DNA of 64,000 bases from Candidatus Pacearchaeota archaeon (GCA_002688015.1 NZBT01000008.1:2852-66851), one strand, 5' to 3'; shown: positions 9,231-19,770, numbered from the stretch's first letter. The notes: a model not told the origin generated them from the sequence alone. Translations and numbers: made by a program.

Positions 9231-11046
9231 AAGGTATAAAACCTGTTTTCAACACAACTAAAATCGTAATAAGAATAGAGAGATAAATTATCCAAAGAGA
9301 TAAATTATGTAAGATATAATCAAATCCTACAGGATCATAATTGTACACATAACTATTAAGATTTCTATACATATAAGGAACAAAATAAAAGCTATTTGCC
9401 TCATTGGCTTGATTAACTAATCCCAAACTTAATCCTGCATCAGCAGAATAAATCTTAAACTTCTCAGTCTTCTCCTTCTCTCCAAATAACTCATTTCCTC
9501 TATATGTATAAGACTTTATACTTTCAACTTCAGGCAGTTGCTCCCTTAATCCATCTAATCTCCCTTCACTACTACTATTAAGCTGCTGGTTTCTTGCAAC
9601 CCACCCCCAACCACAATCATCTATAACACATTCAACAACATGAAGCTTAATACTCATTTTTTGTTCATTAGGAATCTGCTGATTAACATCAAAAAAGTTT
9701 ACAAATTGTTGTAAATCAATAAAATTATGATCTGTTGCAAGCCAAAAGTTTTGTGCAGTATAAATTCTAGAGTCAAAAATAATTAAGTCATTTTTCTCAA
9801 CATTATTATTGATATAACTCTTTAACTGAGAATTTTCACTTTTTGAATAATAATTAGAAGGCGTTCCATACGCAGTCCCTAAACTAACAAACATTGCTCC
9901 AATCAAAATTACAAATAAAGCAAACACTATGACTCCCTTCTTCCCATTTCTATTGATCTTATTAAGAAGAGAATTTAATGAATATCCTGCAGGAATCGCA
10001 AAAAGAAAATGCATGAATACAAAGTGTTTCTGCAACGGAGCTCCTGCACTTTGTAAAATAAAAGGAATAATCAGAAAGATTAAGAAGAAAGACAGTTGCA
10101 CCTTCAACTTTCTCTTAAAAAACATAAAAATCCCAGCCAAACCAAATAATAACAGTACAGGATCTGTATGATAAAGTATATTATAATTCCCATAACTCCC
10201 AGGATTCAAAATATTATCAAAGAAAGACCTATCTTGCCCCGCTAAGCCTTGATAAAGCTCTTGAGCCTTCTCCACATGCACAACTCTACTGAAATAAACG
10301 TCCACAATACCCTTTTCTTTGTATATCAAATAATTAAAAGAAAGAATAGGCAAAACAAGTAAAAGCACAATAAATAATAGCAAAACAAGGTGTTTTACAT
10401 TCTCTTTAGAAAAGACACGTTCCCTATTCATCTTAACAAAATAAGCAGAAAATATTAAGAAACTTAGAAGAATAAATGGAGCATTGTACTTTGTTAGTAT
10501 TCCAAGGCCAAACAAAATTCCTGCAAAAATAAGATACTTCAAATTTTTCTCATCTAAATAAAGCATTCCAAAATAAACAGCAAGAAAAGAAAGGAAAAAT
10601 ACAACTAAACTATGTTCAGAAAAGGTCATTCTAATTAAGAAACTAGAAAAAGTCACAAAAAATGCCGCTAACAACGCAATTTTTTCATTAAACAATTTCT
10701 TCGTAATCAAGAAACTAACAATGATCAACAAACTTCCCATAATGAGAGGCCAAAATCTAGAAGCAAAAGTAGTAAATCCAAAGATCATAAAAGCCAAGTC
10801 ATTAAGATAAAAGAATAACGGAGGGTTTGAATGTGTTGAAAGTATTTTTGCATCAAAAATTCCAGCACTCTGAGAAGCGAAAACCATATCATCCGCTAAC
10901 GTCCCCAAGTTAAAAGCAGCAATTAATCTTAGAATAAACCCAACCAAAACTAAGATCATTAAAATTCTTTCATATCTCTTTTTAGGAGAATAAATCATAT
11001 TCAATATAGAGTCTAAAACTCTATCAAAAATCCTTCTTTTTGCCAT
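9217..11046 (-). CDS. GT-C membrane glycosyltransferase (ArnT/PMT, GT39/83-like)
   Basis: 'ILRL......L.DD', 'NPPLFFY', 'GLGILTKY', ~13 TM segments. Confidence 0.85.
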   Translation of the reverse strand: MAKRRIFDRVLDSILNMIYSPKKRYERILMILVLVGFILRLIAAFNLGTLADDMVFASQSAGIFDAKILSTHSNPPLFFYLNDLAFMIFGFTTFASRFWPLIMGSLLIIVSFLITKKLFNEKIALLAAFFVTFSSFLIRMTFSEHSLVVFFLSFLAVYFGMLYLDEKNLKYLIFAGILFGLGILTKYNAPFILLSFLIFSAYFVKMNRERVFSKENVKHLVLLLFIVLLLVLPILSFNYLIYKEKGIVDVYFSRVVHVEKAQELYQGLAGQDRSFFDNILNPGSYGNYNILYHTDPVLLLFGLAGIFMFFKRKLKVQLSFFLIFLIIPFILQSAGAPLQKHFVFMHFLFAIPAGYSLNSLLNKINRNGKKGVIVFALFVILIGAMFVSLGTAYGTPSNYYSKSENSQLKSYINNNVEKNDLIIFDSRIYTAQNFWLATDHNFIDLQQFVNFFDVNQQIPNEQKMSIKLHVVECVIDDCGWGWVARNQQLNSSSEGRLDGLREQLPEVESIKSYTYRGNELFGEKEKTEKFKIYSADAGLSLGLVNQANEANSFYFVPYMYRNLNSYVYNYDPVGFDYILHNLSLWIIYLSILITILVVLKTGFIPFREN

Positions 11047-11137
11047 ACCTGTCTCTATAAAGGCAAATTTAAATATCTATCTGAAAGCAAACAAATTATC
11101 GCAATAATTCTTTTAAATGCCTTAGATACATAGAGAT

Positions 11138-11857
11138 ATGGAACCTCTTGATTTTACAAGATTTTTTGAAGATAAAAACTATCTTAAACTAAAGAACAAT
11201 TTATTCAATTATCTTAACAGGAAACGTTTATTGAAACACTATTCAAAAAAATATATTAAACATCATCAAAGAATAGCAGATATTGGTTCTGGGATTTCTC
11301 CAGTCTCTCCAAAGCCTGAAAAGACACTGTTCATAGACATTTCATCTCCAGCCCTAGATGTCTTAAAAAAACAAGGACACAAAACTTTATACGGAAGCAT
11401 AACAAATCTTCCCATATCAAATAATACGTTTGATTCCATATTCTGTTCAGAAGTTTTAGAACATGTAGAAGATTATCTTTCCGCTCTCTCAGAACTACAT
11501 AGAATTCTAAATCCAAAAGGCATAGCTTTCATCACAGTCCCCTGCTGGATGCATTATTGGAACATTGATGATGAATTCGTAGGACATCACAGAAGATTCC
11601 ATCCAAATAAATTCAGAGAAAGGTTACAAGCTCAAGGTTTCAACGTTCTCGAAGTAAAAAAAATAGGATCAAAACTTGACCGTCTTCTCACATTACAAAC
11701 AGTGAAACAATTTGATAAAGCGAAAAAAATCAATTCCCTCCTCGTAAATCCATATATCGCAGCAAATCATCTTCTTTCTTATGCAATAACTCTTTCAACC
11801 TTCTTCTCCGAGGACAAATTATCCAATATCTTTCTCTTCATCTGTCAGAAAGATTAA
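11138..11857 (+). CDS. Class I SAM-dependent methyltransferase (Methyltransf_11)
   Basis: 'ADIGSG', 'FDSIFCSEVLEHV', 'HRILNPKG', 'GHHRRF'. Confidence 0.9.
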   Translation: MEPLDFTRFFEDKNYLKLKNNLFNYLNRKRLLKHYSKKYIKHHQRIADIGSGISPVSPKPEKTLFIDISSPALDVLKKQGHKTLYGSITNLPISNNTFDSIFCSEVLEHVEDYLSALSELHRILNPKGIAFITVPCWMHYWNIDDEFVGHHRRFHPNKFRERLQAQGFNVLEVKKIGSKLDRLLTLQTVKQFDKAKKINSLLVNPYIAANHLLSYAITLSTFFSEDKLSNIFLFICQKD

Positions 11858-12620
11858 AATTCCCCTTGTCAAACTGCCTAAATTTCTTCAAATTCCATTT
11901 ACTCAACAAATATTTAGACATTGTATTCAAAACATTTAATCCATAGCTTATAACGTTAACATAACATTTCTCATCTCCATAATGTGTATCTATTGGAAGC
12001 TCAACAATTCTCTGTTTTGAAATAATTAATTGAACAATTATTTCTGAATCAAAATGAAAGTCATTGCTACATAAAGTAAACGGAATTTTCTTTAAAGCAT
12101 TTACAGAATAAAGTCTATATCCTGAATGGAATTCGCTAAGCCTTTGCCTTAAAACAATATTTTCTACAGTTGTTAAGAAAATATTCCCTAAATATTTGTA
12201 AAAAGGCATTCCCCCTCTCAATGGATGTCCGGCCATTCTACTTCCAAAAACCATTGCTGTCCTTTCCCCTTCTTCTAATGGTCTCAAAAGTCTAGGCATG
12301 TCTTCAGGACTGTATTGAACATCTCCATGAAGCATAACAACAATGTCATATCCTTTTTCTATAGCATGAGCATATCCCCATTTCTGATTCCCCCCATAGC
12401 CCCTATTCTTTTCTTGTCTTATAACAGTTAAATTTTTCTTCTTGTTTTTCTTCTTGTAATTTAGCGCTACTTCAGTTGTCTTATCTTGTGAAGAATCATC
12501 AGAAACAACTATCTCTTCTGCCTTCTCCCAAATCTCCTTAGGAATTCTATCTAACAAATTGGTAATTGTCCTCTCAGCATTATATGCCACAACTAACACC
12601 ATGATTTTCTTTTTAGTCAT
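11838..12620 (-). CDS. GT2 glycosyltransferase (dolichol/polyprenol-phosphate sugar synthase-like)
   Basis: 'AYNAE', 'DDSSQD', 'NRGYGG', 'MLHGD', 'GSR', 'SGYRLY'; start placed at MTKKK (12620). Confidence 0.9.
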   Translation of the reverse strand: MTKKKIMVLVVAYNAERTITNLLDRIPKEIWEKAEEIVVSDDSSQDKTTEVALNYKKKNKKKNLTVIRQEKNRGYGGNQKWGYAHAIEKGYDIVVMLHGDVQYSPEDMPRLLRPLEEGERTAMVFGSRMAGHPLRGGMPFYKYLGNIFLTTVENIVLRQRLSEFHSGYRLYSVNALKKIPFTLCSNDFHFDSEIIVQLIISKQRIVELPIDTHYGDEKCYVNVISYGLNVLNTMSKYLLSKWNLKKFRQFDKGNFNLSDR

Positions 12621-12673
12621 TAATCTTCTTGAAAATCTCGATATAAATAGATTGTTGTTACAGGAATAATTAA

Positions 12674-13105
12674 TCAACCAACTATCCAAGATATGGTATA
12701 TATACCTGCGGCAGTGCTGGCTATTCCCCCTTCACAAAATATTGCTACAGTTCCCAAAGCATAACCTAAAAGACCCATTTTACTATCGCTCTTTTCCCTC
12801 ATAGTATTACTTCTCTTTATACAATCTGGATGAAATTTTCTCTCTGCATAATTAATTATAGGATCTACCTGGGCATGCACAAATTCTATTGCAAAATCTT
12901 TCCAGTTTCCAGTCTCTCTTTTTTCATTTCCTTTATAATTAATAAATCTGCTAATTCCCTCATTCATAATCCTAAATGCTCCTGGAACACCATCCATTCT
13001 GTCATGTCCTCCATTTTTCTCAAACTCCTCATATTCTCCTCTTTCAAGATTTTCAGCTTGCATTAAATATGATGGATAATCTGTTTTTTTCCCAGGATTT
13101 CCCAT
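12674..13105 (-). CDS. Hypothetical protein, possibly the 3' part of a disrupted gene
   Basis: 143-aa ORF; the same frame stays open ~58 codons further upstream with no ATG. Confidence 0.45.
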   Translation of the reverse strand: MGNPGKKTDYPSYLMQAENLERGEYEEFEKNGGHDRMDGVPGAFRIMNEGISRFINYKGNEKRETGNWKDFAIEFVHAQVDPIINYAERKFHPDCIKRSNTMREKSDSKMGLLGYALGTVAIFCEGGIASTAAGIYTISWIVG

Positions 13106-13445
13106 GTCTTCTATTGCAAATCTTATGGGATTTAATACCCCTCTATAAAAATCCCATTTTAATCCAGGCCACGTATAAATATACGTACTAAATTCAATAC
13201 CTGCTGTATATTCTGCTAAATTATGGTAAAATGAGTACCTGTCTTCTCCATAATGGTCACTATGTTCATGTAAAAAATACTTTAAATGCTCTCGTCAAAT
13301 CTGTCAATTCAATTCTGCGTTTCTCACTCTATCTGATTCTTAAATTTATCTTTATCTTTTTTAGCTAAATACATCAATCTCTTGCTGACCTTCATAAAAA
13401 ATTCAAAATAAAAGGGTTTTTAAATCTTAACCTTTCAGAAAGACA

Positions 13446-13724
13446 ATGGTATTAGTAAAAATCCTTGGAGCAATAGATATAATTGCAGCCATGACTTTCT
13501 TATCATTAATATTTGGTCTTTCCCCTTTCATCCCGCTTATTCTCTTCTCTGCATTTCTCTTATTAGTAAAAGGTTTATTCATAATAACAGGAGATGTCCT
13601 GAGCATAGTAGACTTATTCTCCGCAATAATCTTAATCTTCTCCTTATTCACAACTCCCTTTTCAATCTTACTTTGGATACCAGCATTTTTACTATTAGGA
13701 AAAGGATTTATCAGTTTTGTTTAA
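13446..13724 (+). CDS. Small hydrophobic membrane protein
   Basis: 92 aa, almost all hydrophobic, internal repeat (..D....../LL.KG twice); TATA upstream. Confidence 0.7.
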   Translation: MVLVKILGAIDIIAAMTFLSLIFGLSPFIPLILFSAFLLLVKGLFIITGDVLSIVDLFSAIILIFSLFTTPFSILLWIPAFLLLGKGFISFV

Positions 13725-14516
13725 TCAGAAATTAAAATATCCTCTCTTTTCAGCTACAAGAACTCCTGCCCTATGTAGGGTTTCAATACTCCCAGCATCA
13801 GTCCAAAAATCAGTAACAACACTTGAGCCAGCTTCCGCAATTTCAATATAATGATTATTAACATCTGTAATCTCTAATTCTCCCCTAGCACTTCTTTTTA
13901 AATTCGGGATAACATTAAAGACATCGTTATCATAAATATAGGCTCCAGTAACTGCAAAATTCGTCTTTGGATTTACAGGCTTTTCTTCAATACCAAGGAC
14001 ATGTTCCAATTTATCTAATTCAGCAATACCATACTTTGCTCTTCTTCCTTTATCTGTTTCTTCATAAAGATTCTCATCAGGAACTTCTTTCAGAAATAAG
14101 TGCGCCCCATAAGCAAAGTTTTTAACAGCCCGTGAAAGAAAATCCTCTTGCCCATAAATGTTATCTCCAAGCATTACAGTAACATTATCATCTCCAACAA
14201 ATTCTCTAGCTAATCCAAGAGCTTCTGCAATCCCCCCAGCCCTATCTTGAACACCATAAGCAATAGAATTAATAGAATCACTAGCGATCCCCAACACATC
14301 TTCAAGCAGTTTCCCACTTCCAAGCAATCTCCCTACAGAATCAAAATGCTCTCCTCCCGTAACAACAAAGATATCCTTAATTCCTGCTCGAATAAGATTA
14401 TGCAAAGGATAGTAAATCATTGGCTTATCAAAAATAGGCAATAAATGCTTGTTCGTAACTGCAGTTAAAGGCATAACTCTGCTTCCAGTTCCTCCAGCAA
14501 GTAAAACTCCTTTCAT
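13725..14516 (-). CDS. rfbA: Glucose-1-phosphate thymidylyltransferase (short form)
   Basis: 'LLAGGTGSR.MPLT...NKHLLP', 'LGDN', 'EEKP', 'SARGELEITD', 'WTDAG'. Confidence 0.93.
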   Translation of the reverse strand: MKGVLLAGGTGSRVMPLTAVTNKHLLPIFDKPMIYYPLHNLIRAGIKDIFVVTGGEHFDSVGRLLGSGKLLEDVLGIASDSINSIAYGVQDRAGGIAEALGLAREFVGDDNVTVMLGDNIYGQEDFLSRAVKNFAYGAHLFLKEVPDENLYEETDKGRRAKYGIAELDKLEHVLGIEEKPVNPKTNFAVTGAYIYDNDVFNVIPNLKRSARGELEITDVNNHYIEIAEAGSSVVTDFWTDAGSIETLHRAGVLVAEKRGYFNF

Positions 14517-15511
14517 CAGCTTGTTCTCCTATCTTTATCTTCTTTCAATTTCCCCCACCACTGCTCATTATCATTATACCATTCAACTGTGCTTTCCAAT
14601 GCACTAGAGAAATCGTGTTTAGGCCTCCATCCAAGCATCATAGCCTTCCTACCCTCCAAGGCATATCTCAAATCATGCCCCTGTCTATCTTCAACATATT
14701 CAATACTCTCTTCTCCATATCCCATTAAACCCAATATTTTATGTGTCAAATCAAAATTACTAACTTCATTTCCTCCCCCAAGATTATATATCTCTCCTGC
14801 TTTTCCTTTTTCTGTAACAGTCCAAATACCTTCACAATTATCTTCCACATAAATCCAATCTCTAACATTCTCTCCAGTTCCATATAATGGAACCTTCCTT
14901 CCTTGCATCAAATTAGTTACAAAAAGAGGAATAACTTTTTCAGGAAATTGAAAAGGTCCAAAGTTATTTGAAGAACGCGTCACAACAACGTCTAATCCAA
15001 ATGTATTCTGATAAGCCAATGCTAACTGCTCTCCTGCTAATTTAGATGCACTATACGGATTTCTAGATCTCACTTTATCTTCTTCCGTTGAAGGAGGATC
15101 TCTTGGACTTATACTCAAAGATCCATATACTTCATCCGTAGAAATTTGGACAAATCTTTTAACGCCTTTCATTTTCGCAACTTCTAATAAATTTTGAACT
15201 CCAGAAACGTTATTCATAAAGACTTTTGTAGGATTAGTTATAGATGTATCAACATGAGATTCAGCAGCAAAATTAATAACGATATCTCCTTCCTCAATCT
15301 TTCTTGTCATCGCAAGAGGGTCGCTAATACTATCATGCACAAATTTATAATTTGGCTTTCCTTCTAATTCTCTCACAGAAGTATGAACTCCAGAACTAAG
15401 ATTATCAATATTTACAATTTGATATTCTGGATGGTTTTCAAGCATAAATCTAAGAAAGTTAGCCCCAATAAATCCAGCTCCCCCTGTAACAACAACTCTT
15501 TGATCTATCAT
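14516..15511 (-). CDS. rfbB: dTDP-glucose 4,6-dehydratase
   Basis: 'VTGGAGFIG', 'NFAAESHVD', 'ISTDEVYG', 'PYSASK', 'DRQGHDLRY'. Confidence 0.95.
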   Translation of the reverse strand: MIDQRVVVTGGAGFIGANFLRFMLENHPEYQIVNIDNLSSGVHTSVRELEGKPNYKFVHDSISDPLAMTRKIEEGDIVINFAAESHVDTSITNPTKVFMNNVSGVQNLLEVAKMKGVKRFVQISTDEVYGSLSISPRDPPSTEEDKVRSRNPYSASKLAGEQLALAYQNTFGLDVVVTRSSNNFGPFQFPEKVIPLFVTNLMQGRKVPLYGTGENVRDWIYVEDNCEGIWTVTEKGKAGEIYNLGGGNEVSNFDLTHKILGLMGYGEESIEYVEDRQGHDLRYALEGRKAMMLGWRPKHDFSSALESTVEWYNDNEQWWGKLKEDKDRRTS

Positions 15512-15564
15512 CTCCCTTACTCTCAGAAAATCGTTATAAACTTAATTATCTTGGAATATATATT

Positions 15565-16002
15565 CTATATTCTCTTACTTATCCAATTGAAGAAGAAAAA
15601 TTCTCTTCTATGAAGTCTCCCTTTATATGTCAAGGAGAGCAGATCAGTCAAAGAGTGGAAAATCATTCCTACAAAAATGTAAAAAAATCCAATCCAAAAA
15701 ATTCCGAGTAATCCTATTAAAGCATGAAACTCAATTGTATGAAACAAATGAAAATCACTCTTCTTTCTAATTCCCCTTGCAATCTCCTTCTTCTCTTTAA
15801 TATTATTTTTTCTATGGTATTCAAATATCTTCTTTAGAGATAAGCTCCCAGTTCTTTGCCATCCAGTAATATAATGATCAAAATCAATAAGAAAGGAAGA
15901 TAAAAATATTAAAGATAAATTAAAAAGCCCAATTCCTGGAGATAAGAGATATAAAACTCCTGCAAAAATTAATCCTAATAAAATATGATATCTTGGTAAC
16001 AT
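15565..16002 (-). CDS. Membrane-bound metal-dependent hydrolase-like protein (YdjM/DUF457-like)
   Basis: 'H', 'D.DH', 'FHTIE', 'H...D' metal-ligand pattern with TM helices. Confidence 0.65.
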   Translation of the reverse strand: MLPRYHILLGLIFAGVLYLLSPGIGLFNLSLIFLSSFLIDFDHYITGWQRTGSLSLKKIFEYHRKNNIKEKKEIARGIRKKSDFHLFHTIEFHALIGLLGIFWIGFFYIFVGMIFHSLTDLLSLTYKGRLHRREFFFFNWISKRI

Positions 16003-16037
16003 CTTCCATAAAGCGAATAAATCTTTTTAAAACCTTA

Positions 16038-17540
16038 CTAAGATTCAATCCTTCCAATTATATCTGCAAATGCTGGCCTTGTAATCAAAACTCCTGCTGT
16101 TATTCCCAAAATTGTTGTGAAAGCAAATCCTTTAAACAATCCAGCTCCAGCCCACCATAAAGGCAGCAAAGCAACAACAGAAGTCAAATAAGCTGTCACG
16201 ATAACAAACAAAGCTCTCTTAAGTCTTTGATTTATTCCAAGTGTCTTCTCCTTGGAAGCTTCATCCAAAATAACTATCTGTTGGTCTACTCCTGTACCAA
16301 TTGTGGCCAAGATTCCAGCAATACTTGGCAGATCCAAATTCCATCTTATCAAAGCTGCAAATCCTAATATAATTAACAACTCTGAAAATGAAGTAAGCAA
16401 TAGAGCTAAAGAAGATTTGAAATTCCTATATCTTATCAAAACAATCAAAGAAACAAGAACAATTGCTGCACTTCCAGCCAATAAAATAAGATATGCAAAA
16501 CTCGCTCCCAAAAGAGGGGAAATTGTATCAAGTTTAACTATCTCTAACTTGTAAGGCAGACTTCCTGTAATCAAGATAGTCTGTAATCTACTCATATCAC
16601 TCTTAGCATTATTAAACGCATCTTCTCTTGTTATTCCTTGTCCACTGCCTTGAATACTTATTTGACTCGTAATCTGTCCTCTCAAATTGCTAGAAATCAA
16701 CAAAGAATCAACTTCTACATCATCAACATACAAATAAAGTCTTTCATCTAAATATCTTCCAGTCTCATCCAATCCTAAATCTTCAGTCATTTTAGCATGC
16801 CTTTTAGCAGCATCAGCAGTTAAGAATATTGTAAATGCAAAATTACAAGAATATCCACCTTCCACAGGGAAACATCCAGTTATAGAAGCACAAGAAGCAT
16901 CATTTCTACATACATCATTTATATCTTCTCCCCCAACAAATGCAGTATCATTTCCTATTCTAGCTTCAAACTTACCTTGCTGTCCTATCAAGCTCTGCAA
17001 ATCATCAGGACTAGCTCCAGCAACTTCTACTAACATAAATTTATTCCCCTGTAAATCAGTAACTCCTTTTATTTGAACGTCAGAAAGTCCGTAAACGTTA
17101 AATCTATTTCTACTAATCTCAATTAAATCTTCTAATTGATCTTGACTCAAAGAAATCTCTTCTGCTTCTACTAATGCTCTTGCTCCTCCCCTCAAATCAA
17201 GGCCAGTTTGGATTCTAGTTTTAGAAATATCTGCCACGGTAATTTTAAAGCTCTCATTAACTAACAAGGTATATTGATTTTTATCAGTCACAATATCAAC
17301 TCTCTTTTCAACATTATCTGAAAAGATCTCTGTAACAACATTTCCATAATCTCCCTTATTTTCTATTTCCATACCATTAATAGATTTAATCACATCTCCC
17401 TGTCTTAATCCTTCTCCATACAAGAGAGAATCCTTATCAAGAGAATCTACAACAACTCCTGTATCAAAACTAGGTCTAATCGCTAATAAAGACAAAAGAA
17501 TAGCCACAATCAATATCCAAACTCTCCATCCGATTTTCAT
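16038..17540 (-). CDS. secD: Preprotein translocase subunit SecD (with N-terminal PDZ-like insertion)
   Basis: 'GLDLRGG', 'GSLP', 'IAGILATIGTGVD', 'KGFAFTTILG..AGVLITRP'. Confidence 0.92.
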   Translation of the reverse strand: MKIGWRVWILIVAILLSLLAIRPSFDTGVVVDSLDKDSLLYGEGLRQGDVIKSINGMEIENKGDYGNVVTEIFSDNVEKRVDIVTDKNQYTLLVNESFKITVADISKTRIQTGLDLRGGARALVEAEEISLSQDQLEDLIEISRNRFNVYGLSDVQIKGVTDLQGNKFMLVEVAGASPDDLQSLIGQQGKFEARIGNDTAFVGGEDINDVCRNDASCASITGCFPVEGGYSCNFAFTIFLTADAAKRHAKMTEDLGLDETGRYLDERLYLYVDDVEVDSLLISSNLRGQITSQISIQGSGQGITREDAFNNAKSDMSRLQTILITGSLPYKLEIVKLDTISPLLGASFAYLILLAGSAAIVLVSLIVLIRYRNFKSSLALLLTSFSELLIILGFAALIRWNLDLPSIAGILATIGTGVDQQIVILDEASKEKTLGINQRLKRALFVIVTAYLTSVVALLPLWWAGAGLFKGFAFTTILGITAGVLITRPAFADIIGRIES

Positions 17541-18574
17541 CACTTAAGGCCTCCCAGTCCTTTCTTCTCAACATACAATTTCAATATGCTTGCATTTCCT
17601 AACCAAGTGTTAAGAATATCAAAACCTAATCCAATAATTAAAATAGTAAATATTTGCTTTAGAGTTTCTGAAAAGTTATAAATAATGAAAAGAGAAACAG
17701 CAACTGCGGCCATACTTGTTAAAGTCATTGTAATTCCAGTCTTAAATGCATCAAACATTCTTTTGTTAATACTCCCTTCATGCCTTTTTACTAGTCTGCT
17801 TGTCAAAAGTATATCTGTATCAACACTATATCCTATCAACATTAAGAATGCAATAACTCCAGCTATAGACAGTTCCATTCCCAATAGATTAACAAGAGCA
17901 ATTGTCATAACAATATCTGCAAACGCACTCAATATAACTGCCGCACTGGGTATTGAATAGATAATATAAATCAAAATAAGAGCTAAAACAATTAATCCAA
18001 TAAGAACCGGCAAAGCAGACTTAAACAATAAAACAGCAGCAATTATAGTTAAAATCACAGAAATGGATTTCATTTTCTTTGACTTTCCGAAAATTAAGAA
18101 AACAACAAGCCCCATAAATAGAAAAGCAGTAAAAATAGCATTTCTAACTTGCTGATAAAATCCTTTAGATAATGTTTCCCCAGTAAATTCAATACTACTA
18201 TTCTGTTGATTCAACTCATACCCTAAATAATTTTCTAACGCTCCAGTAATCTCATCAACTCCAGCCCTTGTTTCAACAAAAAAACCTTGTTGTTTTCCAG
18301 TTCTAAAGTCAGAAATTTCTCTCGCTCTTAAATCAGGAAACTCTTCTAAAAGCTTAGATTTCAAATCATCAATCTCAACATTTCCATCAAAAACACTTAC
18401 ACTTGTTCCCCCAGTTAAACTAACATCTTTCCTTATTATATCTCCTGTATTCTGAACAAATCCATATAAATATACTAGGGAAAACAATAACAATATTGCT
18501 GGAATTATCAACAATAGCTTATATGACTTATCATACCAGTTTTTTCTCTCAGAACTTTCTTCATTATGTTCCAT
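17540..18574 (-). CDS. secF: Preprotein translocase subunit SecF
   Basis: 'DVSLTGGT', 'AFLMLIGYSVDTDILLT', adjacent to secD. Confidence 0.92.
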   Translation of the reverse strand: MEHNEESSERKNWYDKSYKLLLIIPAILLLFSLVYLYGFVQNTGDIIRKDVSLTGGTSVSVFDGNVEIDDLKSKLLEEFPDLRAREISDFRTGKQQGFFVETRAGVDEITGALENYLGYELNQQNSSIEFTGETLSKGFYQQVRNAIFTAFLFMGLVVFLIFGKSKKMKSISVILTIIAAVLLFKSALPVLIGLIVLALILIYIIYSIPSAAVILSAFADIVMTIALVNLLGMELSIAGVIAFLMLIGYSVDTDILLTSRLVKRHEGSINKRMFDAFKTGITMTLTSMAAVAVSLFIIYNFSETLKQIFTILIIGLGFDILNTWLGNASILKLYVEKKGLGGLK

Positions 18575-18611
18575 ATCTTTTTATAGAAGAAATAGGGTTT
18601 TTAAACTTATT

Positions 18612-18974
18612 TTAAGCCTGTGCAAGATACCTTCCTTCCATCATTTCATCAAATTCTCTTAACTCTCTTTCTTTTCTCTCTTCTCTCAATTCTCTATCAA
18701 ATTCTTCATACCAATCTAAGAAACTAATTATCGCAGGTTTTAAAGAATCTCTAGCCATCTTTCCAGCAGTTTCTGTCCCTGCCTCAACTGTAATATCTCC
18801 GCCTTTCTCCAAAGCACTCATGGAGTATTCTTCAACTTTATTTCCTATATTCTCTTCTGAAAAAGCTTCTCTTACATCTAAAGCAAGCTCAACTGTATAA
18901 TATGTCCCAAAACCAAGAACAGAAATCAAACTAACATAAACTGCAGTTCTAAAATATCCCTTCCTTTTCATCAA
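18612..18974 (-). CDS. Hypothetical protein with N-terminal signal/anchor
   Basis: 120-aa ORF, basic N-terminus plus hydrophobic helix, TATA upstream. Confidence 0.6.
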   Translation of the reverse strand: MMKRKGYFRTAVYVSLISVLGFGTYYTVELALDVREAFSEENIGNKVEEYSMSALEKGGDITVEAGTETAGKMARDSLKPAIISFLDWYEEFDRELREERKERELREFDEMMEGRYLAQA

Positions 18975-19022
18975 TTAAAGAAGCAGAGAAACTATATAAT
19001 TCTTCTCTCCAAAAGAAAAAAA

Positions 19023-19093
19023 TGCGCGATAGGGGAATCGAACCCCTGCCAATTGGTTGGAAACCAATTATTCTACCACTAAACCAATCGCGC
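19023..19093 (-). tRNA. tRNA-Gly(TCC)
   Basis: Cloverleaf GCGCGAT/ATCGCGC-A, anticodon arm ATTGG-TTTCCAA-CCAAT, T-loop TTCGATT. Confidence 0.95.
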
Positions 19094-19141
19094 TTAACTA
19101 TATCTCACATAAATGTCTTTTAAACTTTATGATTGTTCAAA

Positions 19142-19217
19142 CGGCCCTGACAGGATTTGAACCTGCGACCTATTCCTTAGGAGGGAATCGCTCTAATCCG
19201 GGCTGAGCTACAGGGCC
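19142..19217 (-). tRNA. tRNA-Arg(CCT)
   Basis: GGCCCTG/CAGGGCC-G acceptor, ATTCC-CTCCTAA-GGAAT anticodon arm, TTCAAAT T-loop. Confidence 0.95.
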
Positions 19218-19257
19218 TTAATTATCTAACAGGAAATTGGGTTTTAAAATTAACTAT

Positions 19258-19731
19258 CTATGGAAGTATATCTTCAAAATTTTCAACTGGTCCTATCCTA
19301 CTCCAACTAGAACGCTTAAGAGTATCAAGGTCAGCAATTCTTTTTCTATGATCTTCTTCAGCCCTTTCATAAGTCTCAGAATGCATTTTATCAATTCCAG
19401 TTCTTCTTCGCATAAACTCAGCCACTACTTGATTATGTGAATCAACTAGTCCTTGATACTGCTCAGGAAAGAGGGCAGCAATCTTTTTCACTATGTAAGG
19501 TCCAGTTTTGACAACTCTATGTTCTTTAGTATGCCCTTCAACTGCCTCTCCAGGATAAAAAATTAATGTTCCTTCAGGACTTTTATCTGTTCCAGAATAA
19601 ACCAATCTCCAGTCAGGATTTTTCACAGATCTATGCTCATTGTCTACAATTAAAACAGGCCCTTCTTTCAGATCCAAAAAACCTCCAAGTGGCTTAGTCC
19701 TGTATACTCTAAAACGTTCTCCTTCTTCCAT
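19258..19731 (-). CDS. Hypothetical protein
   Basis: 157-aa ORF with coding-like composition between two tRNA genes. Confidence 0.6.
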   Translation of the reverse strand: MEEGERFRVYRTKPLGGFLDLKEGPVLIVDNEHRSVKNPDWRLVYSGTDKSPEGTLIFYPGEAVEGHTKEHRVVKTGPYIVKKIAALFPEQYQGLVDSHNQVVAEFMRRRTGIDKMHSETYERAEEDHRKRIADLDTLKRSSWSRIGPVENFEDILP

Positions 19732-19770
19732 CTAAAAACTTCCAATGATAAGTATTAAGAATTATTGTAA

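Noticed and set aside
13171-13186. Palindrome ACGTATA-AA-TATACGT as an operator
   Set aside because: Single AT-rich instance inside a probable decayed reading frame, not positioned at a promoter.
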